A DNA stretch of 64,000 nucleotides from Candidatus Poribacteria bacterium (GTDB lineage: Bacteria > Poribacteria > WGA-4E > JAJDTR01), in the NCBI GenBank assembly GCA_965222225.1, contig CBDCTK010000002.1, forward strand, positions 5,088,001 through 5,152,000, given 5' to 3'. The notes beneath the pieces were generated by a model, which worked only from the letters and a program-made list of their open reading frames with translations, searched no databases and was not told the DNA's origin. The translations under genes were made by a program, and so were the position numbers. Below are positions 60,878-64,000 of the stretch, piece by piece. Each line of letters opens with the position of its first letter. Positions within the stretch are counted from its first letter, which is position 1.

Positions 60878-61427
60878 TGTTCAATTCTCTATTTTGGCGC
60901 CAATCTCGTGCCGGTCTATGTATGCCGTCATGCCAACCGTGAAGCTGATCAACTGTAGCCGGATTCTAACTTAGATTACCGAGGCAAGTCAACGCTTTTG
61001 TATTGGGAAAAGGCATAACTTACGCGGAGTTAATGCGTAAGAAGACAGCATCAAGGGGGGACGGGCTAGTACCTAAAAAAAGAGTGATTGGAATTTATGC
61101 GAATGATGTTGATACTGTAGAATCAAACGGCTGAAAAGGGAGCGCGATAGAGGTTCTATGGAGTTCCTTCTGCCGTACTATCATAGTAGTACGTAGGTTA
61201 GTCGGATATTCACGCAGAATTGACAGACCTATTAACGTCCTTAATGCCGAAATTAGGATTGGAAACATTGTGGTTGGCACTAGGGGTAGGATCGGAAAAA
61301 ACCGAGAACACGGCGGGCGCAGCGATGTTAATTAACTACGATATAAAATGAGGCGAGGAGAGTGTCTAGTGAAAGCATTCTTACCGACGGAACTATCCGA
61401 TATTTAGTTTCATCAATCTACTACGCT

Positions 61428-62033
61428 TTACATCTGGCGGAAAAGCGCGATGACCTTCCCTAAAATCTGCACGTTACTTACGATGATTGGGGGCAGTGCG
61501 GGATTCTCGGGTTGTAGACGAATTTTGTCCCCATCAATGAAAAATCTTTTGACCGTCGCTTCATCATCTAACAGGGCAACGACAATATCCCCTGCATCTG
61601 CGTGCTCCTGAGATCTGACAACCACGAAGTCACCCTCAAAAATCCCCGCGTTAATCATACTCGAACCTTTGACGCGCAGAGCAAAGCATGTATCGCCATT
61701 TGCCATATCGGTCGGCAGCGGCAAAGTTCCATCAATGTTCTGCGATGCGAGAAGTGGCGTACCAGCCGCAACCCGACCAACAATTGGCACTTCGATTGAT
61801 TTAACCGGCCCCTTTGACAGGAACTCCATAACCTCAATGGCTCGCGGTTTACCCGGCGCACGCCGGATATAATCCTTTTTCTCAATAGCACAAAGATGGT
61901 CGTGAGCGCCCTTCTCCGAAATCTCGAATTCTGCCGCAATCTCGCGGACAGTCGGCGGATAGCCGACTTCTTGAATCTGATTGCAGATAAATTTGTAAAT
62001 TCTCTCTTGTCGATGTGTTAATTTTTTTTGCAC
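61428..62033 (-). CDS. lexA: SOS repressor LexA
   Basis: GYPPTVREI, VAAG cleavage site, GSSM (Ser), ATVKR (Lys), LQPEN. Confidence 0.98.
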   Translation of the reverse strand: MQKKLTHRQERIYKFICNQIQEVGYPPTVREIAAEFEISEKGAHDHLCAIEKKDYIRRAPGKPRAIEVMEFLSKGPVKSIEVPIVGRVAAGTPLLASQNIDGTLPLPTDMANGDTCFALRVKGSSMINAGIFEGDFVVVRSQEHADAGDIVVALLDDEATVKRFFIDGDKIRLQPENPALPPIIVSNVQILGKVIALFRQM

Positions 62034-62102
62034 GAATTACCCCCCCCTCTAATACATTCAAAACCTGTCCATACAAAACTGTCCCGAGTCGAATACACTG
62101 AA

Positions 62103-62131
62103 ACTATACTATACACGGGTTAAGTTGTCAA
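62103..62131 (-). promoter_or_regulatory. lexA promoter
   Basis: Minus strand TTGACA-17 bp-TATAGT. Confidence 0.8.
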
Positions 62132-62766
62132 GCTAAATTAGAAAAAAATCTGCATAACGCATTTTCTTGGGAAAGATAAAAGGTTGGAGAGGTGTAGCGT
62201 AGAGGACAGGAAGGCGGGAATTGGAGAGCGGAGAGAAGAAACAAGCACCAGAGGTGCGGCAGGTGTGTAGAACCCCGGAAACACATAACCACAATGCTCC
62301 AGCGGGGCGACAGGTATAGAGTTAAAAGAGTGGAAGATTGCGAGGATGGCTTCCTATTACCCACAAGTCTTCCAGCTGCACGCTATAGTCATTGCAATTA
62401 AGAATTACACACGTGCGATTTGCTAGGTTCGATTTGTAGTAGCGATCAACCGAACGGATAGTGAGGGCGATAGAAATCCCGTTATTGCGCGTCTTCTGCA
62501 GGAGCGAACTTTGTTCGCGACAGGAGGTCGCGATCGGGAGAGGAATCTCTATGGGATCTCTATCGCCCTCCTTATTCAGTCGGTTGATCACTCGTTAACC
62601 ACTCCCTTGATCTCCTACAGTAGGTCTATCGTAACAATGTTCAATCATAAAATCGCCAACAAGTGTGTATAAATATGATTGTGATTGACTATAACACATA
62701 TTCCGCAATCAAAATTCCACTCACACTGTTCCAATGGCTCACATCTAGCTGAGTTACGGACGGTTT

Positions 62767-64000
62767 CTACCTCCGTTCAGACCAATCCAAACAGATCAAT
62801 TCTTCGGTGTTCCGCAGGTACAGTTTACCATCGGATAGCGTGGGCATGGTCCAACACTGTCCATTAAAGATTTGCGTCTGAGCCACCTCCTCATATTGGG
62901 TAGGTGTTGCTTTGGCTATGGCTAAATTTCCTCCCTCACCAAGTATAATCAGGCTGCCATCGGCATAAATCAGCGAACCCTTTCCAAAACCGCGTGTGAC
63001 CCACTGTTCCTCGCCGGTTTCTGCGTCAATACACTTCAAGAACGCGTTATCGAACCCGTACAAATAACCGTCGTGCAGGACGGAAGAGGAAAAGTGGTTC
63101 TTCATCTCACGGCTCGTGCAGACTTCCGTAGCCGTGAGTTGACCATCAATTTCCTTAATTTGAACTACGGCGGCGCCCATATCGTATCCGGAAGAGATGA
63201 AGATTTTGTCGGGCGGGATAAAAATGGGGGTAGCGGCGTTCACGTTGAAGCGGGTTGGCCAATCATAGCGCCAGTGGATTTCGCCATCTTTCGGAGATAC
63301 CGAGACGAGACCTTTACCCGTAAAAAACACCGTTTGCCGCTTTCCCAAGATTGTCTCTGTAATGGGCGATGAGTACCCGCTCGCATCATCCTCGGAACTC
63401 CAAACTATCTTACCACTCCGTTTGTCACACGCCACAAGCGCTTTTCCGGTTTCCCCACCGGTCTCAACCAGAAGCAACTCGCCTTCAATGATCGGAGACG
63501 TCGAAAAGCCGTGCTGGGGCAGATTACTCGAAAACGACTGGGTGAAATCGTGATTCCATAACTCTTTGCCGTTGAGCGCATCAAGAGCAACCAACCTGCC
63601 ATAAGCGCTGAGGACATAAACTCTGTCACCATCAACTGTTGGCGTGGAACGCGGTCCGTCTCCACCTTGCCGATTTTCAAAACGGTGGTCATCAAGGTAA
63701 CGCCAAATCTCCTGCCCGCTTGTCGCATCAAGGCACACAACAATCTCATCCTCACCTTTGACGTACATCGTGTATGCGCGTCTGTCTGAGATCGAAACGC
63801 CCGAGAAGCCCTCCCCAAGTGCAATTCTCCAAAGTTCCTTGGGACCATCGTCAGCCCAACGTTTGAGAAGGTTCGTTTCCGGCGAGATTCCATCCCGGTT
63901 CGGTCCCCGCCATTGGTGCCATTCGAGTCTATTTGTTTCGTTCTCCGCCGCGTAGGCGATGAGGTTTCCAGCACAGAAGAGCACCAGAACTACGACAATT
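62767..64000 (-). CDS. PQQ-like (BamB-type) beta-propeller protein, N-terminus runs off window
   Basis: WHQWRGPNRDG, GPRSTP, STSP, GYSSP, TG..W repeats, WTMPTLSDGKLYLR. Confidence 0.9.
   Translation of the reverse strand, partial: IVVVLVLFCAGNLIAYAAENETNRLEWHQWRGPNRDGISPETNLLKRWADDGPKELWRIALGEGFSGVSISDRRAYTMYVKGEDEIVVCLDATSGQEIWRYLDDHRFENRQGGDGPRSTPTVDGDRVYVLSAYGRLVALDALNGKELWNHDFTQSFSSNLPQHGFSTSPIIEGELLLVETGGETGKALVACDKRSGKIVWSSEDDASGYSSPITETILGKRQTVFFTGKGLVSVSPKDGEIHWRYDWPTRFNVNAATPIFIPPDKIFISSGYDMGAAVVQIKEIDGQLTATEVCTSREMKNHFSSSVLHDGYLYGFDNAFLKCIDAETGEEQWVTRGFGKGSLIYADGSLIILGEGGNLAIAKATPTQYEEVAQTQIFNGQCWTMPTLSDGKLYLRNTEELICLDWSERR

Noticed and set aside
60878-61427. Hidden gene or ncRNA between lexA and pncB
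   Set aside because: Apart from a probable pncB promoter (TTGACT-18-TAGAAT), it holds degenerate repeat relics and no credible ORF.

Overview
A 64-kb, mostly housekeeping bacterial chromosome segment. It includes htrA-like, dinG, ftsH, folP, mqnD, queC, rnpB, speE-like, a nucleoside ABC transporter, def, larE, glcF, mtnP, RNase Z, rlmN, gatB, phhB, pncB and lexA. Many secreted or lipoprotein hypotheticals, a C-terminal 'WGxIK' motif, a dockerin-fused SBP and dense GTAG-type REP repeats suggest Candidatus Poribacteria or a relative (inference, not verified). The left edge (1-4135) is an AT-richer accessory patch with an FRG-TPR gene, an orphan gene and a decayed IS5-family element that splits a small ORF. 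An apparently intact IS982-family element sits just upstream of gatB. Three other genes are broken (dockerin-SBP, Zn-ADH, GH32-like fragment). The most striking unexplained signal is non-coding: at least seven sigma70-type promoters (six with both boxes, one with -10 only) are followed by 75-250 nt leaders that fold into sequence-unrelated, nested rod-like hairpins, most closing near the predicted +1. Other notable items are a GcvH paralog without the lipoyl-lysine, a PorV-like barrel near a WGxIK-tailed protein, and a secreted CARDB/prenyltransferase-barrel/YdjY fusion. No CRISPR array, rRNA or tRNA was seen. Domain calls are by eye, without database searches.
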